A stretch of DNA of 64,000 nt from Candidatus Lokiarchaeum ossiferum (GCA_025839675.1 CP104013.1:2849121-2913120), one strand, 5' to 3'; numbered from the stretch's first letter, positions 29,595-40,273 are shown. Notes: generated by a model from the sequence alone, not told the origin. Made by a program: numbers and translations.

Positions 29595-30824
29595 ATGGAA
29601 AAAATGCGAATTGGGATTTTAACTGGAGGAGGAGATTGCCCCGGATTAAATGCTGTTATTTACGGAGCTCTATTACGAGCATATCGTGAAAAAAACATAG
29701 ATGTGGAAATGGTCGGGATAATAAAAGGGTGGAAAGTCTTTGCAATGAATAAAGAAGATATTACACCTGAAATGGTAGATCATTATACACAGGTTTTAGA
29801 AATTGGGGAATTGGATGATTTGCATACAAAAGGAGGGACGATTCTTTATACTTCTCGAACTAATCCTTTCAAAGCTCTAGCAAAAATCAAGGATCCTCAA
29901 GAGAAGGAAGCAAAATCGATTGAAATCGGCAAAGATCTCGCATCCAAATTTAAAATTTTAGGGATTGATGCGTTAATTAGTATTGGAGGAGATGATACCC
30001 AAGGAGTTGCTGCCGCGATGTACAAATATGGTAATGCAAAAGTCTGTGGATGCCCAAAAACGATTGACAATGATTTAGCTGGAACAGATTTCACCTTCGG
30101 GTTTTTCAGTGGAGCCCAACTTGCCAGCAATACCCTCGATAATTTAACCACAACAGCTCATTCCCACCAAAGGATTTTTATAACCGAAATTATGGGACGC
30201 GATGCAGGATGGTTAACCTTGTATAGTGGTTTATCTTCTGGAGCGGATATTATTTTGCTTCCAGAAACTCCCTTCGATTTTGAAAAAAATATTGTTGATG
30301 TATTAAAAAAACGGGCAAATTCGGGCTATAAATACCACATGATTGCATGTTCTGAAGGTGCTTATCCTACAAAAGAATCTCTTGAGAGAGATTTCACCGT
30401 CATCACTCAAGAAGATATCGACAATTTACCTAAAGATTCCTTTGGTAACCCTGAACTACCAAAATTGGGAATTGCAGACAAAATTTCGAAAGAATTAAAG
30501 AATCGAGAAGATCTAATGAAATATTTCAATGATCGTCATGCTCATTATGAAATTCGGTCTGTTGTATTAGGACACACTATGCGAGCGGGTACCCCAAATG
30601 TGTTTGATCGCGTTCTTGGGTTAAGATATGGATGGCATGCTTGTGATTATATTTTACAAGGGGATTATGGAAAGATGGCCGCTTTGAAAGGAACAGAAAT
30701 TGTCCCTGTGGATTTAGTACAAGGTTCGAAAAAGGGATTAATTGATCCAGATTCAGATTTAATTCAAATTCGTAATGCGATGACAAGTGTGAAACACAAA
30801 TCCAAAGAAAAATTATTCAATTAA
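29595..30824 (+). CDS. pfp: 6-phosphofructokinase, pyrophosphate-dependent type
   Basis: PFK signatures GGGDCPGLNAVI, GGDDT and PKTIDNDL. Asp and Lys sit at the two positions that are Gly in ATP-dependent PFKs. Confidence 0.85.
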   Translation: MEKMRIGILTGGGDCPGLNAVIYGALLRAYREKNIDVEMVGIIKGWKVFAMNKEDITPEMVDHYTQVLEIGELDDLHTKGGTILYTSRTNPFKALAKIKDPQEKEAKSIEIGKDLASKFKILGIDALISIGGDDTQGVAAAMYKYGNAKVCGCPKTIDNDLAGTDFTFGFFSGAQLASNTLDNLTTTAHSHQRIFITEIMGRDAGWLTLYSGLSSGADIILLPETPFDFEKNIVDVLKKRANSGYKYHMIACSEGAYPTKESLERDFTVITQEDIDNLPKDSFGNPELPKLGIADKISKELKNREDLMKYFNDRHAHYEIRSVVLGHTMRAGTPNVFDRVLGLRYGWHACDYILQGDYGKMAALKGTEIVPVDLVQGSKKGLIDPDSDLIQIRNAMTSVKHKSKEKLFN

Positions 30825-30920
30825 TTTTTTCCTTCTCTTTTTTCACAACATTTTGTAGATTCGATTTGTAATGAAACACTATTAAGGTTGATTTTTTAAA
30901 TTAAATACAAGTGATATATT

Positions 30921-32264
30921 ATGAGTGATGATAAGAATAAACCTACAACCGAAGAGGATGCACCAACTAAATCGCCTTTACTTTCAGCAGAGAAAGCAGA
31001 AGTTGCGAAAAAAGTCATTGTAAAGTCAATTCTTTGGATAACTATGCTCGGATTATTTGTAACCGTAATCGGAGGCATTTGGGCAATTGGAGATATATTT
31101 TCTCAAGAGAAATTCTCAAATTTCACAGAATTAACAATTCAATCACAGTTATTTATAACTGGTTTAATATTGTTAGGTATTTTCTTCTTAGTTCTGTTTT
31201 TAGTTGTGCTGTATAAGCGTGGAAAGAAGAATTTAATGGAAAGTCTTTTCAAGGAAGCTCCAGAAAAAGAAGTGAAAACTGCAGATGAGTATTTACCTGC
31301 AAAAATAATTACTGCAGGTGCTTTAATTTCATTTTTCACAATATTTGTTGGTTTAATAGTCGCATTTCTTATGTTTTTAATTGATGCAACAGTTTTTACT
31401 GACGAGTTAGGTTTTTGGAGTTTCATGAGAGAATTAACCGGAGGTTCCATAGTTTTGATAATTGGACTAATTGTTCTTCTCTTAGATGGGTTAATATATG
31501 GTATGATTTATATTTGGCAAAATGGATATTATCTTCTAATCAACAAAATCCTACGTTATAACCAGAAAGTAGAAGAAATTCATGATTTTTCAAAGAATGA
31601 ACGGATTACAGGCAAAATTGTTTTTGGAATATTGGTTTTGATTCTTGTTGGAATCGTATTTGGTATTGTGTGGACTATAATTGAATCATTTTCAAGCGAT
31701 TGGGGAACGACATTCCGTGAAGATTATATCTTTGGGGTTCAATTATCAATAATTGGATTTTTTGGAACTCTATCATTTGGAACCATGATATCAGCTATGT
31801 TTATCTATAAATGGGGGAACAATGTGATTATGAAAGCACTTTTTATCCAATATACCCCTAAAGCTACTACTGAAGATAACCTTCCAGCTAAAATTCTCGC
31901 AGTTGGGATATTAATCGCCATCGTTTTACTTGCTTCATCTCTGATCATTTGGATAATCACTTTGATCATCGATGCCTTAAGTTCTGGAAGCGGAGAAAAT
32001 ATTTTTGCAGCACTGGCTGCTTTGAGTGGAGGGTTGGCTTTACTTGCATATTCACTCATTACCGAAATATTTGTGATTTTAATACTGCTTTTTATTTTCT
32101 TCCTCCATAATGGTTACGCTTTCACTCTTCTAAAAATAATGAAAACAGAATCAATTATTGATTCTGGATTAGAAGAAAGCAAAATTCGAGCTCAAGAAAA
32201 GAAACAACAGCGTTTGAAGAAACGGGAAGAGAAGAAAACAGAAAAAAAGCCCTCTAAAAAGTAA
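30921..32264 (+). CDS. Polytopic membrane protein with an internally duplicated module and a Lys-rich C-terminal tail
   Basis: About 10 TM helices. Internal repeat EYLPAKIITAGALISFF...LIDA versus DNLPAKILAVGILIAIV...IIDA. C-terminus KKQQRLKKREEKKTEKKPSKK. Confidence 0.5.
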   Translation: MSDDKNKPTTEEDAPTKSPLLSAEKAEVAKKVIVKSILWITMLGLFVTVIGGIWAIGDIFSQEKFSNFTELTIQSQLFITGLILLGIFFLVLFLVVLYKRGKKNLMESLFKEAPEKEVKTADEYLPAKIITAGALISFFTIFVGLIVAFLMFLIDATVFTDELGFWSFMRELTGGSIVLIIGLIVLLLDGLIYGMIYIWQNGYYLLINKILRYNQKVEEIHDFSKNERITGKIVFGILVLILVGIVFGIVWTIIESFSSDWGTTFREDYIFGVQLSIIGFFGTLSFGTMISAMFIYKWGNNVIMKALFIQYTPKATTEDNLPAKILAVGILIAIVLLASSLIIWIITLIIDALSSGSGENIFAALAALSGGLALLAYSLITEIFVILILLFIFFLHNGYAFTLLKIMKTESIIDSGLEESKIRAQEKKQQRLKKREEKKTEKKPSKK

Positions 32265-32505
32265 TTTGAGATTTTATCTCATTTTTTTTCATCTTTATCA
32301 TTACAATATTAAATAAATTGCAGTATTCCATTAGTTTTATTCCTTGAAGTATCGAGAAAAATTCAAACTGAAATCAAACTAGTAGTTAAAGTAAAGATAG
32401 CTCCGCGTGTTTAAATCAACATATCCCCATCATTTATATGGATTGGATCTTTTCAAATCACGAAACCATTTCTACCAAAAATCTTCCGATTTACATTAAT
32501 GATAC

Positions 32506-33654
32506 GTGATAATAATGAGTGACCCACGAAAAACACCTCTTTCAGCCATGCATGAAAAACTAGGGGGAAAGATGGTTGATTTTGAAAACTGGTATATGCC
32601 AGTTAAATTTGATGGAACAAGTGTCAGTGATGAACACTTATGGACTCGTGAACATTGTGGAATCTTTGATATTTGCCACATGACCGAATTCATGCTTGAA
32701 GGTCCAGATTGCATTCCATATCTAAAACATATGATGTCAAATAGTATAAATATTGTTGATAATCAAGCACAATACCAACATATGTGCTATCCAGAGGGAG
32801 GCGTTGTCGACGATTTATACATCTACCGAGAATCTGCAGAAAAATTCCGAATCATTGCCAATGCTCAAACATATGAAACCGAAGGAAAAGATTTCAATTG
32901 GTTAACTGAACATATTGAGAACTTCAAAGTATCTTTGGAAGATTTATCTCTTAAACGAGCAAGATTTGCCGTTCAAGGGAAAGAAACAATAAAACTATTA
33001 AATCCATTGACCGATGTAGATTTATATCCTATGAAACGTTTTAGATGGACCTATGCCAATCTTAAAACATCCGAGGGAGATATCCCAATATTTTGTTCAC
33101 GAACAGGATATACTGGAGTAGATAATAATAAAACTGGTGAGGAAGCAATTGCCTCCTACGAAATATCTTGTGATGCTAAATTTGCTGAACTCCTATACCA
33201 AACATTCCTAGATATGGGAGCAAAACCTATAGGTTTAGGAGCGCGCGATTCATTACGATTGGAATGTTGTTTTGCACTTTATGGCAATGATATCAATCGA
33301 AATATCACTTCTATTGAAGCTAATCTTGGTTGGGTTGTTAAACCGAAGGAGGACGCTCATTTTATTGGTGAAGAGGTGTTATTGAAACAAAAAAGTGAAG
33401 GAACTGCACGAATAAGTGTAGGGTTAAATTTAGTTGGTAAAGGTATTTTGCGGGATGGATATAAGATTTTTGCAGGTTCAAATGAAATCGGTTTTATCAC
33501 ATCTGGGGCTTATGGACCAAGTGTTGGCAAAACGATTGCCCTTGCATTAATTAAAAAAGAATATTCTAAAGTTGGAACAGAATTAGAAGTAGAAATTCGA
33601 TCCAAACGGAAAAAAGTGGTAGTTGTTACAACTCCATTTTGGAAACAAGAATAA
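32506..33654 (+). CDS. gcvT: Glycine cleavage system T protein (aminomethyltransferase)
   Basis: 382 aa with GcvT fold landmarks. First gene of the gcvT-H-PA-PB cluster. The true start may be the ATG at 32515. Confidence 0.85.
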   Translation: MIIMSDPRKTPLSAMHEKLGGKMVDFENWYMPVKFDGTSVSDEHLWTREHCGIFDICHMTEFMLEGPDCIPYLKHMMSNSINIVDNQAQYQHMCYPEGGVVDDLYIYRESAEKFRIIANAQTYETEGKDFNWLTEHIENFKVSLEDLSLKRARFAVQGKETIKLLNPLTDVDLYPMKRFRWTYANLKTSEGDIPIFCSRTGYTGVDNNKTGEEAIASYEISCDAKFAELLYQTFLDMGAKPIGLGARDSLRLECCFALYGNDINRNITSIEANLGWVVKPKEDAHFIGEEVLLKQKSEGTARISVGLNLVGKGILRDGYKIFAGSNEIGFITSGAYGPSVGKTIALALIKKEYSKVGTELEVEIRSKRKKVVVVTTPFWKQE

Positions 33655-33753
33655 ACATGATCAATACCGATCATCTTAATATCTAAAAGATATAAATGAT
33701 CTTTAATTTGAAAATTTAATACTTAACTTTTTTTTTTTGTAATAAAAAACTAG

Positions 33754-34140
33754 GTGAATTACATGGTTAACATCCCAGAAGATTTAAAATATGCTGAAAC
33801 CCACGAATGGGTGAAAGTTGAAGGCGATATCGCCATTGTCGGAATTTCAGACCACGCTCAAGACCAATTAGGTGAAATAGTATTTGCTGAATTACCTGAA
33901 GTCGGAGATAATGCAACTGCCGGAGAAGGAATTTGCAATTTAGAATCTGCTAAAGCTGTTGGTGAAATCAAAGCACCAATTTCTGGAGAAGTCATCGAAG
34001 TGAATGAAGATCTTGATGATGAACCAGAAAAAGTCAACTCAGATTGTTATGGTGAAGGTTTCCTTTACAAATGCAAAATTGCTGATGCTGGTGAATTAGA
34101 CAAGCTTTTAGATGCAGCTGCCTATAAAGGTACACTTTAA
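33754..34140 (+). CDS. gcvH: Glycine cleavage system H protein (lipoyl carrier)
   Basis: Lipoyl-lysine motif ESAKAVGEI and typical length (about 125 aa). Confidence 0.85.
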   Translation: MNYMVNIPEDLKYAETHEWVKVEGDIAIVGISDHAQDQLGEIVFAELPEVGDNATAGEGICNLESAKAVGEIKAPISGEVIEVNEDLDDEPEKVNSDCYGEGFLYKCKIADAGELDKLLDAAAYKGTL

Positions 34141-34235
34141 AACTTAAATAATTCAAATTTGAATTCTTTTTTTTCTTTCCACCATTTTTCTTAAATACGT
34201 GATGTCCATTCTAAATTGAGAAAGAGGCCAAAAAA

Positions 34236-35552
34236 TTGGATTACGTTCCCCATGATAAAAAAACAATGGAAACCATGCTAGCCAAAATTGGCGTATCAAG
34301 TATGGAAGAATTGTACGAAGACATTCCTAAAAGTTTACTTTTAGAGAAATTAAATTTACCCGAAGGTTTATCTGAAGCAGATCTATTAAAAAGAATGACT
34401 GTTTTATCAAAAAAGAACCACTTATATCGAACCGCCTTTATTGGAGCAGGATCTTATTATCATTTTATCCCAAGTTTAGTGGATTATGTCATAAGTAGAA
34501 GCGAATTTTTTACCGCTTACACCCCCTATCAAGCAGAAGCATCACAAGGATTTCTCCAAGCGATTTATGAATACCAATCCGCAATAACCCGCCTAACTAA
34601 AATGGATGTGACCAATGCATCAATGTATGATGTTGCAAGTGCTTTTGCAGAAGCAGCAACCATGTGTACTTTTGCGACACGCAAATCTAGAATTTTAATG
34701 CTTGAAGGAATGCATCCAGAATACATTGAAACGGTGAATACTTATTGCTGGGGTCGAAATATTCAGACTGAAATAGTACCCTTAACCAAATTGGAAGAAT
34801 CTCTCAATGATGATTGTGCAGGATTTCTCTTTCAGAGCCCTAATTTTTATGGAGAAATCGAAGATATTTCTTATTTAACAAAAATTGTTCGGGAAAAAGC
34901 AAAAAAATGTAAGATTGTTTATGGAATGCCAGATCCAACTTGTTTAGGTATATTGAAAGCACCTGGAGATTATGATATTGATATTTTTGTATCAGAAGGG
35001 ATGGGTCTTCCACCATCTTTTGGAGGACCAAATCTTGGAATCTTTGCTACAACTTCAAAATTGATGCGAAAAATGCCCGGTCGTGTTATTGGTGTCACAA
35101 AAGAAATTAATGGAGAAGGAGAAGGATTTGTTCTCACCCTACAAGCAAGAGAACAGCATATCCGGCGAGAAAAAGCACTTTCCAATATTTGTTCCAATCA
35201 ATCGTTGTGTATGCTGGCTTGCCTAGTATACATGGTTTGTTTAGGAAAAACAGGGTTGAAGCAAGTTGGAACCCAAAATATTCAAAAAGCAAATTATGTA
35301 AAGCGGGAAATGGCAAAAATTCCAGGATACAACCTTAAGGAATCACGGGCTACGTACAATGAATTTGTCATTGAATGCCCTAATGTAGATAAGTTCATAG
35401 GAAAATGTAAAGAAAATGATATATTACCTCCATTACCTCTTTCTCATTATTTTCCAGAACGATCTTCAGAAGTTTTAGTATGTGTTACTGAACAAAATTC
35501 AAAAGAAGATATTGAACTCTTCCTACGGGTTGCTAAGGAGGCAGCCCTTTAA
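34236..35552 (+). CDS. gcvPA: Glycine dehydrogenase (decarboxylating) subunit 1
   Basis: 438 aa. N-terminal half of split P-protein (archaeal/Firmicute-type split). Confidence 0.85.
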   Translation: MDYVPHDKKTMETMLAKIGVSSMEELYEDIPKSLLLEKLNLPEGLSEADLLKRMTVLSKKNHLYRTAFIGAGSYYHFIPSLVDYVISRSEFFTAYTPYQAEASQGFLQAIYEYQSAITRLTKMDVTNASMYDVASAFAEAATMCTFATRKSRILMLEGMHPEYIETVNTYCWGRNIQTEIVPLTKLEESLNDDCAGFLFQSPNFYGEIEDISYLTKIVREKAKKCKIVYGMPDPTCLGILKAPGDYDIDIFVSEGMGLPPSFGGPNLGIFATTSKLMRKMPGRVIGVTKEINGEGEGFVLTLQAREQHIRREKALSNICSNQSLCMLACLVYMVCLGKTGLKQVGTQNIQKANYVKREMAKIPGYNLKESRATYNEFVIECPNVDKFIGKCKENDILPPLPLSHYFPERSSEVLVCVTEQNSKEDIELFLRVAKEAAL

Positions 35553-35557
35553 GAAAG

Positions 35558-37000
35558 GTGATTATTATGAATAAAATTCAACTCATTTTTGAAAAGGGGT
35601 ATGAAACCACAAAAAATAACTTCGTACCTCAAATGGATATCGACGAAATTCCATTAACAGAATTACTCACTTCAGATAACTTACGGACTGATGAAATAAA
35701 TATTCCAGATATCCCTGAATTTGAAATTGTTCGCCATTTTACAAATTTAAGTCAAAAAAATTATGCAGTGGATTCAGGCATCTATCCTTTAGGTTCCTGT
35801 ACTATGAAATATAATCCACGGATAAATGAAAAAACGGCTCGTTTACCTCACTTTGCAAATATTCATCCCCTCCAAGAAGAGAATGAAGGGGCAATTGAGT
35901 TGATCTATAATTTAGGAAAGGATCTTTGCGAAATTTGTGGTATGGATGCATTTACTTTGAATCCTGCTGCAGGTGCACAAGGAGAACTCACAGGAATCCT
36001 CATTTTCAAAAAATATTTTGAAGTAAGGGGCGAAAAGAAAACAAAAATCATTGTACCTGACAGCGCTCATGGAACTAACCCTGCAAGTTCAGTAATGGCA
36101 GGTTTTGACATCATTGAAATTAAATCTGATGAAAATGGTGAACTTCCTTTGGATCAACTGGAATTTGCGATGCAGGAAGGGGATGTGGCGGGCTTGATGC
36201 TTACAAATCCTAACACTGTAGGGATGTTTGATAGAAATATTCTTCAAATTACGGAGATTGTGCATAAATATGGAGGGCTTTGCTATTATGATGGCGCAAA
36301 TTTAAACCCAATTCTTGGAATGTGCCGCCCAGGAGATATGGGATTTGATATCATCCATTTGAACCTACATAAAACCTTTTCCACACCTCATGGCGGCGGT
36401 GGCCCCGGAGCTGGACCAGTTGGAGTAAAAGCAGATTTAATTCCTTATCTCCCATGTCCACAAGTGATCTCTACTGAAAAAGGGTTAGCTTGCATGGACA
36501 ATGAGGAAACTACGATTGGGCGTTTACGAAGTTTTTGGGGAAATTTTGGTGTTTTGGTGAGGGCTTATACCTATATTTTAGCATTAGGGGCAGAAGGATT
36601 AAGACGGGCGGGTCAAAATGCAGTTTTAAATGCAAACTACCTCAGAGTTTCACTCCATGAGAAATATGCCGTACCTTATGACCGAATTTGTATGCATGAA
36701 TTTGTAATAGATGCCCATCTTCCAAATGGTGTAAATGCCGAAGATGTTGCTAAGGCACTTTTAGATCGTAAATTATATGCTCCCACTTCTTATTTTCCAT
36801 TGATAGTTCATGAAGCATTGATGGTAGAACCTACAGAAACGGAAAATAAACGTGAATTAGACCGATTCATTGAAGCCATGCTCGAAATATATGAAGAAAC
36901 TATAAATAATCCAGAGCATCTCAAATCGGGCCCACATAATTTGGATGTTGGGAGATTGGATGCTACGTTAGCTGCTCGAAAACCCCATCTAAAAGATTAA
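35558..37000 (+). CDS. gcvPB: Glycine dehydrogenase (decarboxylating) subunit 2, PLP-binding
   Basis: PLP-lysine region HLNLHKTFSTPHGGGGPG; follows gcvPA by 5 nt. Confidence 0.85.
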   Translation: MIIMNKIQLIFEKGYETTKNNFVPQMDIDEIPLTELLTSDNLRTDEINIPDIPEFEIVRHFTNLSQKNYAVDSGIYPLGSCTMKYNPRINEKTARLPHFANIHPLQEENEGAIELIYNLGKDLCEICGMDAFTLNPAAGAQGELTGILIFKKYFEVRGEKKTKIIVPDSAHGTNPASSVMAGFDIIEIKSDENGELPLDQLEFAMQEGDVAGLMLTNPNTVGMFDRNILQITEIVHKYGGLCYYDGANLNPILGMCRPGDMGFDIIHLNLHKTFSTPHGGGGPGAGPVGVKADLIPYLPCPQVISTEKGLACMDNEETTIGRLRSFWGNFGVLVRAYTYILALGAEGLRRAGQNAVLNANYLRVSLHEKYAVPYDRICMHEFVIDAHLPNGVNAEDVAKALLDRKLYAPTSYFPLIVHEALMVEPTETENKRELDRFIEAMLEIYEETINNPEHLKSGPHNLDVGRLDATLAARKPHLKD

Positions 37001-37030
37001 CACTTTTTCTTTTCTTTTTTTCCTAATTTA
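37001..37030 (+). terminator. T-rich tract after gcvPB, oligo-T terminator candidate
   Basis: cactttttcttttctttttttcc after the stop. Confidence 0.25.
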
Positions 37031-37087
37031 TATTGATAGTTTTACTCTAAAATCACACTTTTTTTTAAGCATGAATTAATCATTTTA

Positions 37088-37903
37088 TTGATAACTTTGA
37101 AGAGTGATACTTCCGGGATAGTATTCGATATCAAGAAATTTGCTATCCATGATGGCCCAGGAATAAGAACAACAGTATTTTTCAAAGGATGTCCTTTAAA
37201 ATGTGAATGGTGCCACAATCCCGAAAGTCAGAAACATGAAATAGAACATATCTTAAAAAATCCTATTGACTCTCTTCATAACGATAATTCTTACGAGCAG
37301 ATTGGAAAAAAGATTAGATCTCTTGATTTAATTGATGAAATTAAGAAAGACGTATTATTTTACGATGAATCGGATGGAGGAGTTACCTTTTCAGGGGGGG
37401 ATCCTCTATCTCAACATGAATTTCTGAAATCTTGTCTTCAATTGTGCAAAGAAAATGAAATTCACACAGCTCTTGACACCGCAGGTTATCTTTCTTGGTC
37501 AAAACTCAAAGAAATTATTCCATTAGTTGATTTGGTTTTATACGATCTCAAATTTGTTGATGAACCGAAGCATAAAAAATATACTGGTGTATCAAACAAA
37601 TTGATACTCGAAAATTTGTCCAACCTTTCGGCCATGAACAAGGCAGTTTGGATAAGAATTCCAATAATTCCCACTCTTAATGATACAGAAGATGAAATTC
37701 ACCAAATGATAAACTTTATCTCACGATTAAATAATATCGGGAGCATTGATCTCTTGCCCTTTCATAAAATAGGTAAAAATAAATATCAACGTCTAAACCT
37801 TCCATATAAAATGGAAAATTTTTTTGAACCATCACTTGATAGAATGGAAGAATTAAAAAGAAAATTTGAGACCCTAAATATTCCTGTTAAAATTGGAGGT
37901 TAA
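37088..37903 (+). CDS. Glycyl-radical enzyme activating enzyme (radical SAM; PFL-AE family)
   Basis: N-terminal FAIHDGPGIRTTVFFKGCPLKCEWCHNPES (CxxxCxxC). Likely TTG start. The stop lies 6 nt before the glycyl radical enzyme gene. Confidence 0.8.
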   Translation: MITLKSDTSGIVFDIKKFAIHDGPGIRTTVFFKGCPLKCEWCHNPESQKHEIEHILKNPIDSLHNDNSYEQIGKKIRSLDLIDEIKKDVLFYDESDGGVTFSGGDPLSQHEFLKSCLQLCKENEIHTALDTAGYLSWSKLKEIIPLVDLVLYDLKFVDEPKHKKYTGVSNKLILENLSNLSAMNKAVWIRIPIIPTLNDTEDEIHQMINFISRLNNIGSIDLLPFHKIGKNKYQRLNLPYKMENFFEPSLDRMEELKRKFETLNIPVKIGG

Positions 37904-37909
37904 AATTAT

Positions 37910-40273
37910 ATGAATCAACGAATTCAAGCATTGAGAACTCAAAGTCGTACCGCTATCCCAACATTATCTCTTGAACGAGCAAAATTGATGACAGAATTTT
38001 ATAAATCTGGAGCAGGACACAAATTAAGCCCTCCTATGGCAAGAGCAGAATCTTTTAAATATCTTATGCAAAATAAGACAATTTGTATTAATCCAGGGGA
38101 ATTAATAGTAGGAGAACGAGGGCCCAGCCCAAAAGCAACATCGACTTATCCTGAAATTTGTTGCCATACTCTTCAAGATTTGGAAATTTTAAATAATCGG
38201 GAGAAAATATCTTTCAAGGTGACAGATGAAGATAAGAAATTAACTACATCGACCGTACTCCCCTTTTGGAAAAATCGATCAATTCGTGATAAAATTTTTG
38301 CACAGGTGGATCCTGAATGGATTGAAGCTTATGATGCAGGAGTTTTTACAGAATTTATGGAACAGAGGGCTCCAGGCCATACAGTCGCAGGGAAACAATT
38401 ATTTACCAAAGGATTTTTGGATTTCAAAGAGGATATCAAGGAGAGTATAGCAAATTTAGATTTCTTTAATGATGCCGAAGCCTTTGCAAAGCGAGAACAA
38501 TTACAAGCAATGAATATTGCTGCAGATGCAATTATAATTTATGCCAAACGCCATTCAGATCTAGCTCGATCATTAGCTAACACAGAAGTAAATCCCACTC
38601 GAAAATCTGAACTTTTAAAAATTGCCGCAACTTGTGATTATGTTCCAGCTCATGCACCAAGGACCATGTGGGAAGCCTTACAACATTATTGGTTTGTTCA
38701 TTTAGGTGTTATAACTGAATTAAGTACTTGGGATTCATTCAATCCAGGAAGATTAGATCAACACCTCATTCCATTTTATCGGATGGAAATCTCAAAGGGT
38801 ACCCTTACAAAAGAGTTTGCAAAGGAATTACTCCAAGCTTTCTGGGTGAAGTTTAATAACCAACCAGCACCCCCAAAGGTGGGAGTTACCGCTGAAGAAT
38901 CTAACACATATACAGATTTTTGCAACATTAATGTGGGGGGACTTAAGGAGGATGGTTCAGATGGAGTAAATGAACTCTCTTATATGATTTTAGATGTAAT
39001 TGAAGAGATGCGTTTGCTCCAACCGAGCTCAAATGTGCAGATTAGTAAAAAGACACCAAATCGTTTTCTCAATCGAACTTTAGAAATCTTGAAAACGGGA
39101 TTTGGACAACCTTCGATATTTAATACGGATGCAATAATCCAAGAATTAACACGGCAAGGAAAAGACATAATCGATGCTAGAAATGGTGGAGCAAGTGGAT
39201 GTGTTGAAATTGGTGCTTTTGGTAAGGAGGCTTATATTCTAACAGGATATTTCAACCTTGTTAAAATTTTAGAAATAACATTGCATAATGGGACTGATCC
39301 ACGTACGGGAAAACAAATTGGAATTCAAACCGGAAATCCTCAAGATTTTTCTACATTTGACATATTTATGAAAGCTTTTGAGAAGCAGGTGAAACATTTT
39401 GTGGATATAAAAATCAAAGGCAATATGGTGATTGAACAATTATGGGCTCAAAATCTTCCAGCAGTCTTTATGTCTATATTCGTTGATGATTGTATAAAAA
39501 CCGGAAAGGATTATAATGCGGGTGGTGCCCATTACAATACATCCTATATTCAAATTGTTGGTATGGGGTCCATAACAGATTCACTTGCTTCAATCAAACA
39601 TCATATTTTTGATAAGCAGACACTTTCAATAGAAGAAATGATTAGTATTTTGGATTCTAATTTTGTACAGAATGAAAAATTGCAGCAAGATTTTCTTCTA
39701 AATACTCCAAAATATGGGCAAGATGATGAATATGCAGATGATATTCTTCATGATGTTTTTGAAATCGTATATAATTCCATAAATGGGAGACCGAATTCAA
39801 AAGGGGGTGTTCATCGTATTAATTTGCTCCCCACAACTGTTCATGTTTATTTTGGCTCAGTTATAGGAGCGACTCCAGATGGGAGATTCGCAAGCAGGCC
39901 ACTTTCAGAAGGAATTTCTCCCGTGCAGGGAACTGATATCAAAGGACCAACAGCTGTCTTAAAGTCTGCAGGTAAAATTGATCATCTTAGAACAGGTGGA
40001 ACCTTACTGAATCAAAAATTCACGCCAAGCCTAATGAAAGATGAAAGTGGCATCAAAAAAGTTGCACATTTAGTACGAAGCTACTTCAAAATGGATGGGC
40101 ATCACATTCAATTCAATGTGGTTTCTGCTGAAACTCTTCGCGCTGCTCAAAAAAATCCTCAAGATTTTCGAAATTTAATAGTTCGAGTCGCTGGTTACAG
40201 CGATTACTTCGTTAATCTTGGTTCAGATTTACAAGAAGAAATAATTAAACGAACAGAACATAAAGAATTCTAA
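37910..40273 (+). CDS. Glycyl radical enzyme, dehydratase/lyase (1,2-eliminase) subclass
   Basis: 787 aa. C-terminal glycyl radical motif VRVAGYSDYF (Gly codon 40193-40195). Active-site GCVE (Cys 39200-39202, Glu 39206-39208) instead of the Cys-Cys pair of pyruvate formate-lyase. Confidence 0.85.
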   Translation: MNQRIQALRTQSRTAIPTLSLERAKLMTEFYKSGAGHKLSPPMARAESFKYLMQNKTICINPGELIVGERGPSPKATSTYPEICCHTLQDLEILNNREKISFKVTDEDKKLTTSTVLPFWKNRSIRDKIFAQVDPEWIEAYDAGVFTEFMEQRAPGHTVAGKQLFTKGFLDFKEDIKESIANLDFFNDAEAFAKREQLQAMNIAADAIIIYAKRHSDLARSLANTEVNPTRKSELLKIAATCDYVPAHAPRTMWEALQHYWFVHLGVITELSTWDSFNPGRLDQHLIPFYRMEISKGTLTKEFAKELLQAFWVKFNNQPAPPKVGVTAEESNTYTDFCNINVGGLKEDGSDGVNELSYMILDVIEEMRLLQPSSNVQISKKTPNRFLNRTLEILKTGFGQPSIFNTDAIIQELTRQGKDIIDARNGGASGCVEIGAFGKEAYILTGYFNLVKILEITLHNGTDPRTGKQIGIQTGNPQDFSTFDIFMKAFEKQVKHFVDIKIKGNMVIEQLWAQNLPAVFMSIFVDDCIKTGKDYNAGGAHYNTSYIQIVGMGSITDSLASIKHHIFDKQTLSIEEMISILDSNFVQNEKLQQDFLLNTPKYGQDDEYADDILHDVFEIVYNSINGRPNSKGGVHRINLLPTTVHVYFGSVIGATPDGRFASRPLSEGISPVQGTDIKGPTAVLKSAGKIDHLRTGGTLLNQKFTPSLMKDESGIKKVAHLVRSYFKMDGHHIQFNVVSAETLRAAQKNPQDFRNLIVRVAGYSDYFVNLGSDLQEEIIKRTEHKEF

